From the NCBI GenBank assembly GCA_025054875.1, contig JANWYS010000003.1, positions 2,862 to 66,861 of the forward strand: DNA of 64,000 bases. Reading direction: 5' to 3'. Made by a program: the position numbers and the translations under genes. Positions 27,864-37,922 of this stretch are shown here, piece by piece. Within the stretch, counting starts at the first letter, position 1, and each line of letters begins with the position of its first letter. The notes beneath the pieces are model-generated. The model did no database searches. It was not told where the DNA came from and was given only the letters and a program-made list of their open reading frames with translations. Source of the DNA: Cytophagaceae bacterium. GTDB taxonomy: Bacteria > Bacteroidota > Bacteroidia > Cytophagales > Cytophagaceae.

Positions 27864-29582
27864 TCAGGGATACTTTGATTTGAAGTTTGAGACTCCGGTT
27901 TCGAGATATTTTGTAAAGGCCTCTACATCGCGTTCATAGCCAATTATAGGTTGTACAAGAGGTTGCTCGGTATAAGGGTCAAGAAGTACATAGTAGGGTT
28001 GTGCGGAATTTCCGAATTTTTTTTCTAAATAATGGTTTACCTCACCAATAGTAGTAAGTACATCGCCGTCTTCTTTTTTTATCCACTCGCTTTCGGGCAG
28101 TTTGTAACGCACGTCTACATATAGTGCAAGCATCACATAGTCGTTGTTTAATATTTTTTTTACGGAAGGTTGTTTCCATACATAACTTTCCATGAGGCGG
28201 CAGTTTACACAGCCTTTGCCCGTAAAGTCAATAAAAATTGGTTTCTTTTGTTTTTTTGCGACCTCTACGGCCTGCTTGTAATCATAGTATCCGGAAAACC
28301 CATCAGGGAAGTGAAAATAGTCAGAGTATTTAATTTCTTCGGATTGTACTGCCGATGATTGTTCTTTTTCGTTAAAGATTTGCCTTACTATTTTAGGTAA
28401 ATCGAAGTCGTGGCGGTCGTTGGGTGGAAGTAATCCGGAAAGCGCATTAAGAGGGGCACCAAACATACCCGGAAGTAAATAAATAGCAAATGAAAAAGGG
28501 ACAAAGGATAATGACAACCTGGCCACACTTATCCTTTTTCCGTGGTCGCTGTCGTGTGGGAGTTGATAAAGGCCTAATAAATAAAAGCCAAGCAATATAG
28601 CCAGCATAGCCCACAAGGCTATGAATATCTCTCTGTCAAGTATACCCCATCCGTACACTAAATCGGCAGTGCTCAGAAACTTCATTGCCAGGCCAAGTTC
28701 TAAAAACCCTAATGAAACTTTCATTACGTTCATCCATCCACCCGATTTAGGCAATGATTTTAGCAAAGAAGGAAACATGGCAAATATAGTGAAAGGCAGA
28801 GCAAAAGCAGATGAATAGGCCAACATGCCTAATATGGGTTTTGCGGCAATCCCTCCCTCTGCCTCTATGAGAATAGTACCCACAAAGGGTGCTGTGCACG
28901 AAAAAGATACCAATACCAACGTGAAAGCCATAAAAAATATTCCATAATAGCCTCCACGGTCGGCTTGCCTATCTACTTTATTTATCCAACTTGAAGGCAA
29001 TGTGATTTCAAACATTCCCAAAAAGGAAAGGCCAAAAATTACAAACACTACAAAGAAAATGATATTGGTAAGCCAATGTGTACTCAAGAAGTTTGCATAG
29101 TCGCTCCCCAAAAACAAAGCCGGTACAACGCCAAGCGTGGTATATATGAGAACTATACTCAATCCGTAAACAACAGCTTTAAGAACAGCTTGTTTTTTTG
29201 TTTTGCTGGATTTAGTAAACAATGATACGGTCATGGGAACCATAGGAAATACGCAAGGCGTAAGCAATGCTAAAAATCCTGCGCCAAAAGCAACAAGCAT
29301 ATATCCCCACAATGAATTATCGGATTGGGTTGGACTTTTGTATTGTGTGGTATTATTGCTTTCTTTCGAGGTTGTCGGGATTGGCACAGCAGATGAGTCT
29401 TTTCCTGAGGCGGACAGCTCTTTTTTAAGTTGTTCAATGATCAGATTATTTAAGCTATCTCTTTTTATGAGGTAATCTACATATCGTGCAGTTTGCTCCA
29501 ATTCTTGCTTGGGTACGCTCACATTTTGCGCAGTTGCATTTACATGAAGTAGCAAAAAAACTAACCACCAGAAGTGTTTCAT
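27864..29582 (-). CDS. DsbD-type thiol:disulfide electron transporter (transmembrane beta domain plus C-terminal thioredoxin domain)
   Basis: TM cysteines in LTPCVFPMVP and SFSCTAPF, and a C-terminal thioredoxin CxxC (GKGCVNC). ATG 29582 forms an ATGA overlap with the upstream gene's stop. The ORF track begins at TTG 29591. Confidence 0.85.
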   Translation of the reverse strand: MKHFWWLVFLLLHVNATAQNVSVPKQELEQTARYVDYLIKRDSLNNLIIEQLKKELSASGKDSSAVPIPTTSKESNNTTQYKSPTQSDNSLWGYMLVAFGAGFLALLTPCVFPMVPMTVSLFTKSSKTKKQAVLKAVVYGLSIVLIYTTLGVVPALFLGSDYANFLSTHWLTNIIFFVVFVIFGLSFLGMFEITLPSSWINKVDRQADRGGYYGIFFMAFTLVLVSFSCTAPFVGTILIEAEGGIAAKPILGMLAYSSAFALPFTIFAMFPSLLKSLPKSGGWMNVMKVSLGFLELGLAMKFLSTADLVYGWGILDREIFIALWAMLAILLGFYLLGLYQLPHDSDHGKRISVARLSLSFVPFSFAIYLLPGMFGAPLNALSGLLPPNDRHDFDLPKIVRQIFNEKEQSSAVQSEEIKYSDYFHFPDGFSGYYDYKQAVEVAKKQKKPIFIDFTGKGCVNCRLMESYVWKQPSVKKILNNDYVMLALYVDVRYKLPESEWIKKEDGDVLTTIGEVNHYLEKKFGNSAQPYYVLLDPYTEQPLVQPIIGYERDVEAFTKYLETGVSNFKSKYP

Positions 29583-30253
29583 GGACGGCAAGATGAATAT
29601 TTGTTTACAAATTTTTTTAAATGTTGAATCGCAATATCGTTGCCTTGCAGGTCTTTAGGTGAATATTTCTTTTTTTCCTGCTCTAATTCAGCTACCGTTG
29701 TGATTCGGTTTGTATAGTTTTTTTCTGTTTCATCTTTTTTTATATCATTAGGTTTATGAGCTTCTTGTGATGTAATAGGGGGAGCTTTTGCGATTACTTT
29801 TAAGTTGGTCAGTGAAAATTTTTCGTCAAAGGGTATGCATTTGCCTTCTATATCATTACACACCTGATAATAAATTTTACCGGCTATGATGGGATTAGCT
29901 CCCGTTATTTTTACTGTTTGTCTGAACTCAGCTTTGCCGGTGAAGTAGGTAATGTTGCCGCCCCATATAGAATCGTATTTTGTTTTAGCATTTACGGGTT
30001 TTATGCTGCCTATAAGTTTTACTGAAGGATGTTCGTTGAAAGAAAACTCCGTTACCATAGGCCCCAGGTCTTTGTCAAAATCTGAAGAGTAGAGATACCA
30101 ATTTTGAAGTATGCGCGCGGAGAATATTACGTCAATGGTTTCGCCTTGTTTGATGGTTGTTTTTGAAAAAGTAAACGTCCATGTTACAGGCTTAAATTCC
30201 TGCGCCTGTATATATGTAGTGGCCAAAACTAAAATGTAAGTAACAACGCGCAT
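29579..30253 (-). CDS. DsbD N-terminal (alpha) domain-like periplasmic protein
   Basis: Signal peptide and an Ig-like DsbD_N-type region (PVTWTF...WYLYS...) with a Cys pair in YYQVCNDIEGKCIPF. Confidence 0.6.
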   Translation of the reverse strand: MRVVTYILVLATTYIQAQEFKPVTWTFTFSKTTIKQGETIDVIFSARILQNWYLYSSDFDKDLGPMVTEFSFNEHPSVKLIGSIKPVNAKTKYDSIWGGNITYFTGKAEFRQTVKITGANPIIAGKIYYQVCNDIEGKCIPFDEKFSLTNLKVIAKAPPITSQEAHKPNDIKKDETEKNYTNRITTVAELEQEKKKYSPKDLQGNDIAIQHLKKFVNKYSSCRP

Positions 30254-30976
30254 AATGTACCTTTAAGATTGCGGCTAAAGTTAGTAATAATTGAATAATT
30301 GAACACAAATAGTGTGTAAAAGTTCAGAAATACTTCGTCCCCATATAATCATTAGCTTAAATATTCTAATGGCCGCTATTAGAAAATTCTGATTTTAAAG
30401 TGCCGTTAAAAAAATTTTTATGTGCCCTTGAACTATGCCATAAAAAATTATTTTGACACAAATTATTGATAAATCCGAGACATCTAGTAACCATCACAAG
30501 GCCTATCGTGCCGGTTTTTCTAACGGCTCTCTGAGGTTATGTGGTGTCTGCTTTAACGAATACCAATTCAGACAATTGGCCAAATACTAAGCGGCTAATC
30601 CATTGAACCCATTTTAGTATGTAATAGAAACACTGCTGTCAGAATTTCACAGAGTTCTCTCTACTGAATTGTAATAAAAAATTCAACGGCTAACCAATAC
30701 ATCAATAACAATTTTTATCGCTTTTGAATCCCTAATTTTTTCTACAACATAAGATAGCATAACTGTCAAACTCTGAACAATATAACATCAGGAGATGTAC
30801 TTAAGGTGCACAGTGTAAGGTGATAAAGAGTGGTTTTACCTTTAGCTTTTTCGCTCAAGAAAGAATATTTTTTAGATTGAAAAAACAGAGATGATGAATT
30901 TTCTAAAACACCTTATTAGATTTAAATTAAAATTCTAAATTTAGATGTATGTTGAACCTGTTAAACAATTCAGCCT

Positions 30977-31597
30977 ATGAAAAAAATTATCTGTATTTTT
31001 TTTGTATTCACGTTCGTAAGCATGAGTTTTGACTTTAAAACAACTCAGCAAAGTAAGCTTATGGTAGATAAAATACCTACTTCGGTAGAAGAGTTCATAA
31101 CCTTGCGCGATAAAATAGCTACTACTCCTGAGGGAGGTGCTGTAGCGTTTGTTGTGGCAACCATCATGTATTCAAACAACCCTCAAATAGGCAGACAAGC
31201 GATAATTATTCAAAGCGACAGAAAGTTACTTTCCGAATGCGGCCCTGACAAAGGTTATAAAGGTTTTGACCTTGGCTCATCTTCAGATTTTTTGGTGCGC
31301 CAATTAGATCAAAAAAAATATATACCGTACTCTTATGTAATGGGAACATCGAATGCCAATGGGTACGCCTTAGGCAATCCGCCTTATAATTTCCAGGTTT
31401 CTACCAATGCGAGCAGCAAGGGCGCTGATGGCACCATGAAAGTATTTATAGCCTCCACGGGAGCTGACAGCCCAAGGCCTATCACTTTGCGCCAAAATGA
31501 TAAAGGCATATGGAAAGCAGCTGAGTATTCAAGTATTTTTTCCGGAGTACGCCCACCCGTTCAAAAATCTAAAGGAGACGCTGGAGGAGATTTTTAA
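30977..31597 (+). CDS. hypothetical secreted protein
   Basis: Signal peptide. No recognised motif. Confidence 0.5.
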   Translation: MKKIICIFFVFTFVSMSFDFKTTQQSKLMVDKIPTSVEEFITLRDKIATTPEGGAVAFVVATIMYSNNPQIGRQAIIIQSDRKLLSECGPDKGYKGFDLGSSSDFLVRQLDQKKYIPYSYVMGTSNANGYALGNPPYNFQVSTNASSKGADGTMKVFIASTGADSPRPITLRQNDKGIWKAAEYSSIFSGVRPPVQKSKGDAGGDF

Positions 31598-31644
31598 GGT
31601 AAGTATCCTGTTTCATTCATTACAAGAGGTAAAAAAATTATTCT

Positions 31645-32214
31645 TCATGAATTTTTATTAACTAAAGTCATGAAAAAATATATAATACCATACAGCAACA
31701 AAATTGAGCTGAGGAGTATGAAGGAAATGATGGGGTAGTAAAAAATTGTCATCAGCAAAGAAAGAGCGAAAAATATAACACCTGTCACAAGTATCAGAAT
31801 AGCCCGCTTCATGGCCGGGTCTTGTTCGGAGAGTTGATGTATTTTTTTTATCCTTTTCGATTCAATCATCTTAGCTAAAAATTTCTTTTGGGCATCTCTG
31901 TGTTTATGGCATGTTTCATTTGACGATGGTTTCAAATCATTCATGGTAGATTCTGCCGTAGAACACACTGAATACATTCTCTCCATATTACTGTGGTCTC
32001 TTTTTAACAATTGTTTCCCTGACGAGTCATTGCTTGCCAATAATGAAGGTTGTTCAGGCTTCTGTATGTTGCTCTTTATACTCTGCTTTCGATATTCATC
32101 CGAAATGTATAAAGGTGAATGGCTACATAAGCTGCATTCTCTTTTATAGAGGGCAGCATGTGTGGTACTACAGCAGAAAAGTAGTAATATGATACCTTTA
32201 ATATTTTTTTTCAT
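31645..32214 (-). CDS. hypothetical membrane-anchored protein
   Basis: N-terminal signal peptide, a polar Cys/Ser-containing middle region, and two C-terminal TM helices. Confidence 0.45.
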   Translation of the reverse strand: MKKNIKGIILLLFCCSTTHAALYKRECSLCSHSPLYISDEYRKQSIKSNIQKPEQPSLLASNDSSGKQLLKRDHSNMERMYSVCSTAESTMNDLKPSSNETCHKHRDAQKKFLAKMIESKRIKKIHQLSEQDPAMKRAILILVTGVIFFALSLLMTIFYYPIISFILLSSILLLYGIIYFFMTLVNKNS

Positions 32215-32241
32215 TCTGCCAATATAGTATTTTCAGAAAAT

Positions 32242-33036
32242 CTATAAAACAGAGGCAATCGCTGAAGCGCTACCGCACAAAAAACACTCGTTGGTTAGCA
32301 TGGGTTTGTTATAGTAGAATCTTTCGTTTTGCATATTTAACATGACTCCGCCGGCTGCTTCCAATATGGCCTGGCCGGCAGCAGTATCCCATTCCATAGT
32401 AGGGCCATGACGGTAGTATATATCGGCTTTACCTTCAGCAATAAAGCAAAATTTAAGTGAACTCCCTATAGAGATATTTTCTATGATGTCATATTTTGAA
32501 AGCACCAACTTTTCGGCAGCATCAGCATGCGAACGGCTACCTATGCTTATAAGAGAGGTTTTACGTTCGGAAACACGTAATATCTGCTTTTCATTTTTTT
32601 TTTTGCTCATTGCTATATTATCGCTTGCATAGTAGAGTGTGTCTGTTGCCGGAGCGTATATTACTCCGGCCATAGGGTAATGATTTTTTATGAGAGCTAT
32701 GTTTACCGTAAATTCCCCATTTCGTTTGATAAACTCTTTAGTTCCATCCAGCGGATCTACCAACCAATACTCGTTCCACAAGCGTCTTTGCTCATATGGA
32801 ATATTTTTTCCTTCTTCTGAGAGCACCGGTATGTGAGGAAAATGTTTTTTTAACTGTGTTTCAATAAACTCATTCGCCTGTTTGTCAGCAAGAGTTACCG
32901 GCGAGCGATCAGACTTTCGTTCTATAAGTTCATAAAAATCTTTTCTATTGTATACTTCCAGTATTTTCTTGCCTGCTTCAATTGCTATGCGATTAATAAT
33001 TTCAATATCCATTTCAATTGCAGAATGAAATTGCAA
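32242..33036 (-). CDS. cysQ: 3'(2'),5'-bisphosphate nucleotidase
   Basis: Inositol-monophosphatase-fold motifs (SEE, WLVDPLDGT, W.TAAG) and adjacency to cysCDN. Confidence 0.85.
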   Translation of the reverse strand: MQFHSAIEMDIEIINRIAIEAGKKILEVYNRKDFYELIERKSDRSPVTLADKQANEFIETQLKKHFPHIPVLSEEGKNIPYEQRRLWNEYWLVDPLDGTKEFIKRNGEFTVNIALIKNHYPMAGVIYAPATDTLYYASDNIAMSKKKNEKQILRVSERKTSLISIGSRSHADAAEKLVLSKYDIIENISIGSSLKFCFIAEGKADIYYRHGPTMEWDTAAGQAILEAAGGVMLNMQNERFYYNKPMLTNECFLCGSASAIASVL

Positions 33037-33125
33037 AATACAAAAGTATAAAAAGCTGCGGCTGATTTGTGTAGAGTATTTATGTTAAAATTTACTAATT
33101 TTGCCAGCCTATAAAAAAAAAGAAT

Positions 33126-33728
33126 TTGGAAAACATACATCCTATATTTGACACCATTTTAAATCGTAGAGACAAAGAAAAACTTCTCAGGCAACATTCC
33201 ATAGTAGTGTGGATGGTAGGCTTGTCTGGCTCGGGAAAAAGCACACTTGCACGAGCTATGGAAAACCGGTTGTATGCAGAAGGCTACATGACACAACTGC
33301 TGGATGGGGATAACCTGAGAACAGGCATAAATAACAACTTAGGATTTTCTGAAGAAGACCGTACAGAAAACATACGTCGCTCGGCAGAAACGGCCAAGCT
33401 GTTTATGAATGCCGGAATTATTACCATTTGTTCGTTTATCAGCCCCACACGTGAGGTGAGAGCGCTGGCAAAATCTATCATAGGAGAAAAAGACTATTTT
33501 GAAGTATATGTAAATGCTCCCATTGAAGTATGTGAATCGCGCGATGTGAAAGGTCTTTATAGAAAGGCGCGCAACGGTGAAATAAAAAATTTTACCGGCT
33601 TGGATGCGCCTTTTGAAGCCCCTGAACATGCAAATGTTGAAGTAAGAACAGACTTATACCCCTTGGAAGATTGCTTAGAACAAATTCTTAGACCTTTATA
33701 CGAAAAAATTAAATTCTCAAACACGTAA
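33126..33728 (+). CDS. cysC: adenylyl-sulfate (APS) kinase
   Basis: P-loop GLSGSGKST, the LDGDNLR motif, and FISP. TTG start as given in the ORF track. Confidence 0.9.
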   Translation: MENIHPIFDTILNRRDKEKLLRQHSIVVWMVGLSGSGKSTLARAMENRLYAEGYMTQLLDGDNLRTGINNNLGFSEEDRTENIRRSAETAKLFMNAGIITICSFISPTREVRALAKSIIGEKDYFEVYVNAPIEVCESRDVKGLYRKARNGEIKNFTGLDAPFEAPEHANVEVRTDLYPLEDCLEQILRPLYEKIKFSNT

Positions 33729-33739
33729 TACCAAAAGCA

Positions 33740-34645
33740 ATGAGCTCATATCGTCTTTCTCATTTGAAGCAATTAGAATCGGAAGCCATATTTGTAATAC
33801 GCGAAGTGGTGGCACAGTTTGAAAATCCTGTATTATTGTTTTCAGGAGGCAAAGACTCCATCACGCTTGTACGGTTAGCTCAAAAAGCTTTTTGGCCAAG
33901 TAAAATACCCTTCCCGCTATTGCACATAGACACCGGACATAATTTTGCAGAAACCATACAATTCAGAGATGAATTGGTAGAGCGTGTAGGCGTAAAATTA
34001 ATCGTGCGCTATGTACAAGATTCTATAAACCGTGGCACTGCTGTAGAAGAGAAAGGTCCTAACCCAAGCCGTAATGCCCTGCAGACCATAACACTACTCG
34101 AAGCCATTGAAGAGTTTCGTTTTGATGCTTGCTTCGGTGGAGCACGTCGCGATGAAGAAAAAGCAAGAGCTAAAGAGCGCTTCTTTTCTCACCGCGATGA
34201 ATTCGGACAGTGGGACCCTAAAAATCAAAGGCCGGAGCTGTGGAATTTATTCAATGGCAAAAAACATATAGGCGAGCATTTTCGCGTATTTCCCATCAGC
34301 AACTGGACGGAAATGGATGTATGGCAGTACATCGCCATGGAAAATATTCCTATCCCTTCCATATACTTCAGTCACAAGCGCGAAGTTGTAAACCGCAGAG
34401 GTACTCTGCTGGCAAAATCCGATTACATTACTTTACTTAACGGCGAAAAGTATGAAGAAAAACAAGTGCGCTTTCGCACCGTTGGCGATATGACCTGTAC
34501 CGGTGCAGTTGAATCGGATGCGGCTACTTTGGAAGATATCATCAGAGAAGTATCTATGGCACGCAATACTGAACGTGGCACAAGAGCCGATGATAAACGC
34601 ACCGAAACCGCCATGGAAGACCGAAAAAAACAAGGATATTTTTAA
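33740..34645 (+). CDS. cysD: sulfate adenylyltransferase subunit 2
   Basis: PAPS-reductase-fold block FSGGKDS plus the characteristic CysD C-terminus (...RTETAMEDRKKQGYF). Confidence 0.95.
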   Translation: MSSYRLSHLKQLESEAIFVIREVVAQFENPVLLFSGGKDSITLVRLAQKAFWPSKIPFPLLHIDTGHNFAETIQFRDELVERVGVKLIVRYVQDSINRGTAVEEKGPNPSRNALQTITLLEAIEEFRFDACFGGARRDEEKARAKERFFSHRDEFGQWDPKNQRPELWNLFNGKKHIGEHFRVFPISNWTEMDVWQYIAMENIPIPSIYFSHKREVVNRRGTLLAKSDYITLLNGEKYEEKQVRFRTVGDMTCTGAVESDAATLEDIIREVSMARNTERGTRADDKRTETAMEDRKKQGYF

Positions 34646-34657
34646 CACGTTAAAAAA

Positions 34658-35935
34658 ATGACCAACAACAGCACAATAGATAACTATCTGAACATGGATC
34701 TGCTCCGCTTCACCACTGCCGGTAGCGTGGATGATGGTAAAAGCACTCTTATAGGACGACTTCTTTACGATTCCAAATCCATATTCGAAGATCAACTGGA
34801 AGCCATAGAAGAAGCCAGCAACAAAAAAGGGAAAGAATATGTTGACCTCTCGTTACTAACCGATGGGCTCAAAGCCGAACGCGAGCAAGGCATAACCATT
34901 GATGTAGCTTATCGCTACTTTGCGACTCCGAAAAGAAAATTTATCATTGCCGATACCCCCGGCCATGTACAATACACACGCAACATGGTTACCGGAGCTT
35001 CTACCGCAAATTTGGCTATTATACTCATAGATGCACGCAACGGTGTCACAGAACAAACCTGCCGGCATACCATCATCGCTTCATTGCTTCAGATAAAACA
35101 CATCATAGTATGCATCAACAAAATGGATCTGGTAAATTTCAGCCAGGACGTATTTGAAAAAATAAAAAACGCATACCTGCAATTTGCGGCACCTTTGAAT
35201 ATTAATGACATCCAATTCATTCCTATATCCGCATTGCATGGCGACAATGTAGTGGAACCCTCCACTAACATGCCTTGGTATACAGGCGGAACGTTGCTCA
35301 GCAACCTGGAAAATGTAAACATTGAAAACGATGCAGACTTCCAACATTTCCGGTTCCCTGTTCAGTATGTAATAAGGCCACACTCTGAAAAATATCATGA
35401 CTTCAGAGGATATGCCGGAAGAATAGAAGGAGGTATATTGAAAAAGGGAGATGAAGTAATAGCATTACCCTCCGGCATTAAAACCAAAATTAAATCCATA
35501 GAAACTTTTGATGGACAACTGGAAACAGCTTTCACACCCATGTCGGTAACCCTCACTCTGGAAGACGATATAGACATTAGCCGCGGCGATATGATTGTGA
35601 AGCCCGATAGTATACCTCATACCGCTCAGGAAATAGAACTCATGATATGTTGGCTTAACGAAAAAAAGATGCAACCGGGAGGAAAATATATCCTCAAACA
35701 TACCACCAAAGAGGCCAAGTGCATTATTAAAGAAGTCAAATACAAAATAAACATCAACACACTTGAACCTATAACAGACAACAGAGACGTAGGACTGAAT
35801 GATATTGCCAGAGTTGTCATCAAATCAGCTTCACCTGTTTTCTATGATACCTACTCGCAAAACCGCTCTACAGGGAGCCTCATTCTGATAGATGAATTTA
35901 CAAATGAAACTGTAGGCGCCGGCATGATTCAATAA
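34658..35935 (+). CDS. cysN: sulfate adenylyltransferase subunit 1 (GTPase)
   Basis: GTPase motifs GSVDDGKST, DTPGH, NKMD. 425 aa, with no fused APS kinase domain. Confidence 0.95.
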   Translation: MTNNSTIDNYLNMDLLRFTTAGSVDDGKSTLIGRLLYDSKSIFEDQLEAIEEASNKKGKEYVDLSLLTDGLKAEREQGITIDVAYRYFATPKRKFIIADTPGHVQYTRNMVTGASTANLAIILIDARNGVTEQTCRHTIIASLLQIKHIIVCINKMDLVNFSQDVFEKIKNAYLQFAAPLNINDIQFIPISALHGDNVVEPSTNMPWYTGGTLLSNLENVNIENDADFQHFRFPVQYVIRPHSEKYHDFRGYAGRIEGGILKKGDEVIALPSGIKTKIKSIETFDGQLETAFTPMSVTLTLEDDIDISRGDMIVKPDSIPHTAQEIELMICWLNEKKMQPGGKYILKHTTKEAKCIIKEVKYKININTLEPITDNRDVGLNDIARVVIKSASPVFYDTYSQNRSTGSLILIDEFTNETVGAGMIQ

Positions 35936-36271
35936 GCTCAAATGCATTTAGGTTTTACATTCTTATAAGCTTTTTTAATGATTATTTTGAGTTTATCGCG
36001 CAACGAGGAGGAGGAATGTCGTCAGTTGGCCTTTGCTTTGTACGGAGCAGGTTTAATGTCGGAATAACAGATGGTCATCGGTGTTTGGAGAGTTGAAACA
36101 CGGAGAGATTCACATGATTAGGACTGGTGGTAAGTGATGGGATATAGGGCATAGAAGAGGTGATAAGACTGCATTTTCCAACGGCATGCTTGCAATTATG
36201 TGTTATGCGCCTAAAGCAAAATAAATAGAAACAGATTCGCCCAAAGGATAGTTTTAGTTCTTCATATAGGT

Positions 36272-37090
36272 TCATGGTAATACAGAAATGTATGTTTTCC
36301 ATTGAGGTGAACCTTTTATGCTTGCAGGGTTAGGTTTAGAATCAAATATGCCAAATATGGCCGACCCGCTGCCACTCATGGCGGCATATTCTGCGCCGTG
36401 CATGTATAACATTTGTTTTATCTCTGAAAGTAAGGGATGTTTAGCAAATACTGTTTTTTCAAAATCATTTATCAATTTGTCTTTCCAATTACGGATCGGC
36501 TGTGCCAATAATATATCTTCTATTTTGACAGTGGGTTTCGCCGGAACAGTTTGCGCATAAGCATTTCCGGTAGATACATGCACATCAGGATACACAACAA
36601 TTATGTGTTTTCCCCTCAGAGAGAGGTTTATTTCTTTCATTATATTTCCACGGCCATAAGCGATACTAGGTTTATTGTGCACAAAAAAAGCGCAATCACT
36701 TCCTAAAGATGAAGCCAGTTGTGTCAAGTCATCTTTCTTCAGATTTAGTTCAAACAATTCGTTGAGTAAGCATATGGTTGCGGTAGCATCTGAAGAGCCT
36801 CCTCCAAGGCCTGCTCCCATGGGGATGTTTTTATACAATAAAATTCTTACCGGCGGCAAATCGTATTTCTCTTGCATGAGTTTGTACGCGCGTACACACA
36901 GGTTATTATCTATGCTTCCTGCTATAGGTAGGCCTCTTGACTCAAATGAAAATGTATCACTCTTCAATATTTCCAAAGCATCGCTCCATAAGATAGGGTA
37001 GAAACAGGTTTCTATGTTATGATATCCGTCTTCTCTTTTACTTACTATGTTTAGCCCAAGGTTTATTTTAGCATTAGGAAATGCAATCAT
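36272..37090 (-). CDS. ispE: 4-(cytidine 5'-diphospho)-2-C-methyl-D-erythritol kinase
   Basis: N-terminal PNAKINLGL and the GHMP kinase motif PMGAGLGGGSSDA. Confidence 0.9.
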   Translation of the reverse strand: MIAFPNAKINLGLNIVSKREDGYHNIETCFYPILWSDALEILKSDTFSFESRGLPIAGSIDNNLCVRAYKLMQEKYDLPPVRILLYKNIPMGAGLGGGSSDATATICLLNELFELNLKKDDLTQLASSLGSDCAFFVHNKPSIAYGRGNIMKEINLSLRGKHIIVVYPDVHVSTGNAYAQTVPAKPTVKIEDILLAQPIRNWKDKLINDFEKTVFAKHPLLSEIKQMLYMHGAEYAAMSGSGSAIFGIFDSKPNPASIKGSPQWKTYISVLP

Positions 37091-37138
37091 TGATTCTTGT
37101 GTAAATTGCCTTAGTAAGATAACCTAATATGTTATAAG

Positions 37139-37756
37139 ATGAATACCTTTTATAAACTTTTTTTAAAGCGGTGTCTTGATATAGTAGGGTCATTTATGTT
37201 GTTATTGATACTATCTCCTCTGTTGGTTGGTGTATCCATGATACTGCTGTTTCTTAACAGAGGTAAGGTGTTTTTTTTGCAGCCCAGGCCCGGAAAAAAT
37301 GAAAAAATATTTACCATAATAAAATTCAGGACTATGACCGATGATGTAGACGAATATGGAAATTTACTACCGGATGAAAAAAGAATTACCAAATTGGGTT
37401 CCTTTTTAAGAAAAACATCTATTGATGAGCTCCCACAACTTATCAATGTATTAAAAGGCGACATGAGCCTGGTCGGCCCCAGGCCATTGCTGGTAGAATA
37501 TCTTCCCCTATATAATGAAAAACAGAAAATGCGCCACTTAGTAAAACCGGGATTAACCGGATATGCTCAAATAAACGGACGAAACAACACTACCTGGCCA
37601 GAACGTTTTGAAAACGATTTATACTATGTTTATAATATATCCCTATTTCTTGACTTGAAAATAATTTTCAAAACCATGTTAATGTTATTTTTTCATAATG
37701 AGGGCTTGAATAACACTATCGAAAAATTTAAGGGAAACAATAACATAAACCAGTAA
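37139..37756 (+). CDS. polyprenyl-phosphate sugar-phosphate transferase (bacterial sugar transferase family)
   Basis: One TM helix plus DELPQLINVLKGDMSLVGPRP and the rest of the PF02397-type domain. Confidence 0.85.
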   Translation: MNTFYKLFLKRCLDIVGSFMLLLILSPLLVGVSMILLFLNRGKVFFLQPRPGKNEKIFTIIKFRTMTDDVDEYGNLLPDEKRITKLGSFLRKTSIDELPQLINVLKGDMSLVGPRPLLVEYLPLYNEKQKMRHLVKPGLTGYAQINGRNNTTWPERFENDLYYVYNISLFLDLKIIFKTMLMLFFHNEGLNNTIEKFKGNNNINQ

Positions 37757-37922
37757 TTATTGCGTTACGTATAACTATTATTTTCTGATTTTAGCTAAAA
37801 ATTGCGGGTAATTAATGCGCAATTAAAAATAAACTTATCCTGCACTTTATGCGTACATTTCCCTTAAACGCATTACTTAAATTTTTAAACGTAAGTCAAA
37901 CCATTAAAATAAAAAAGAAAGT

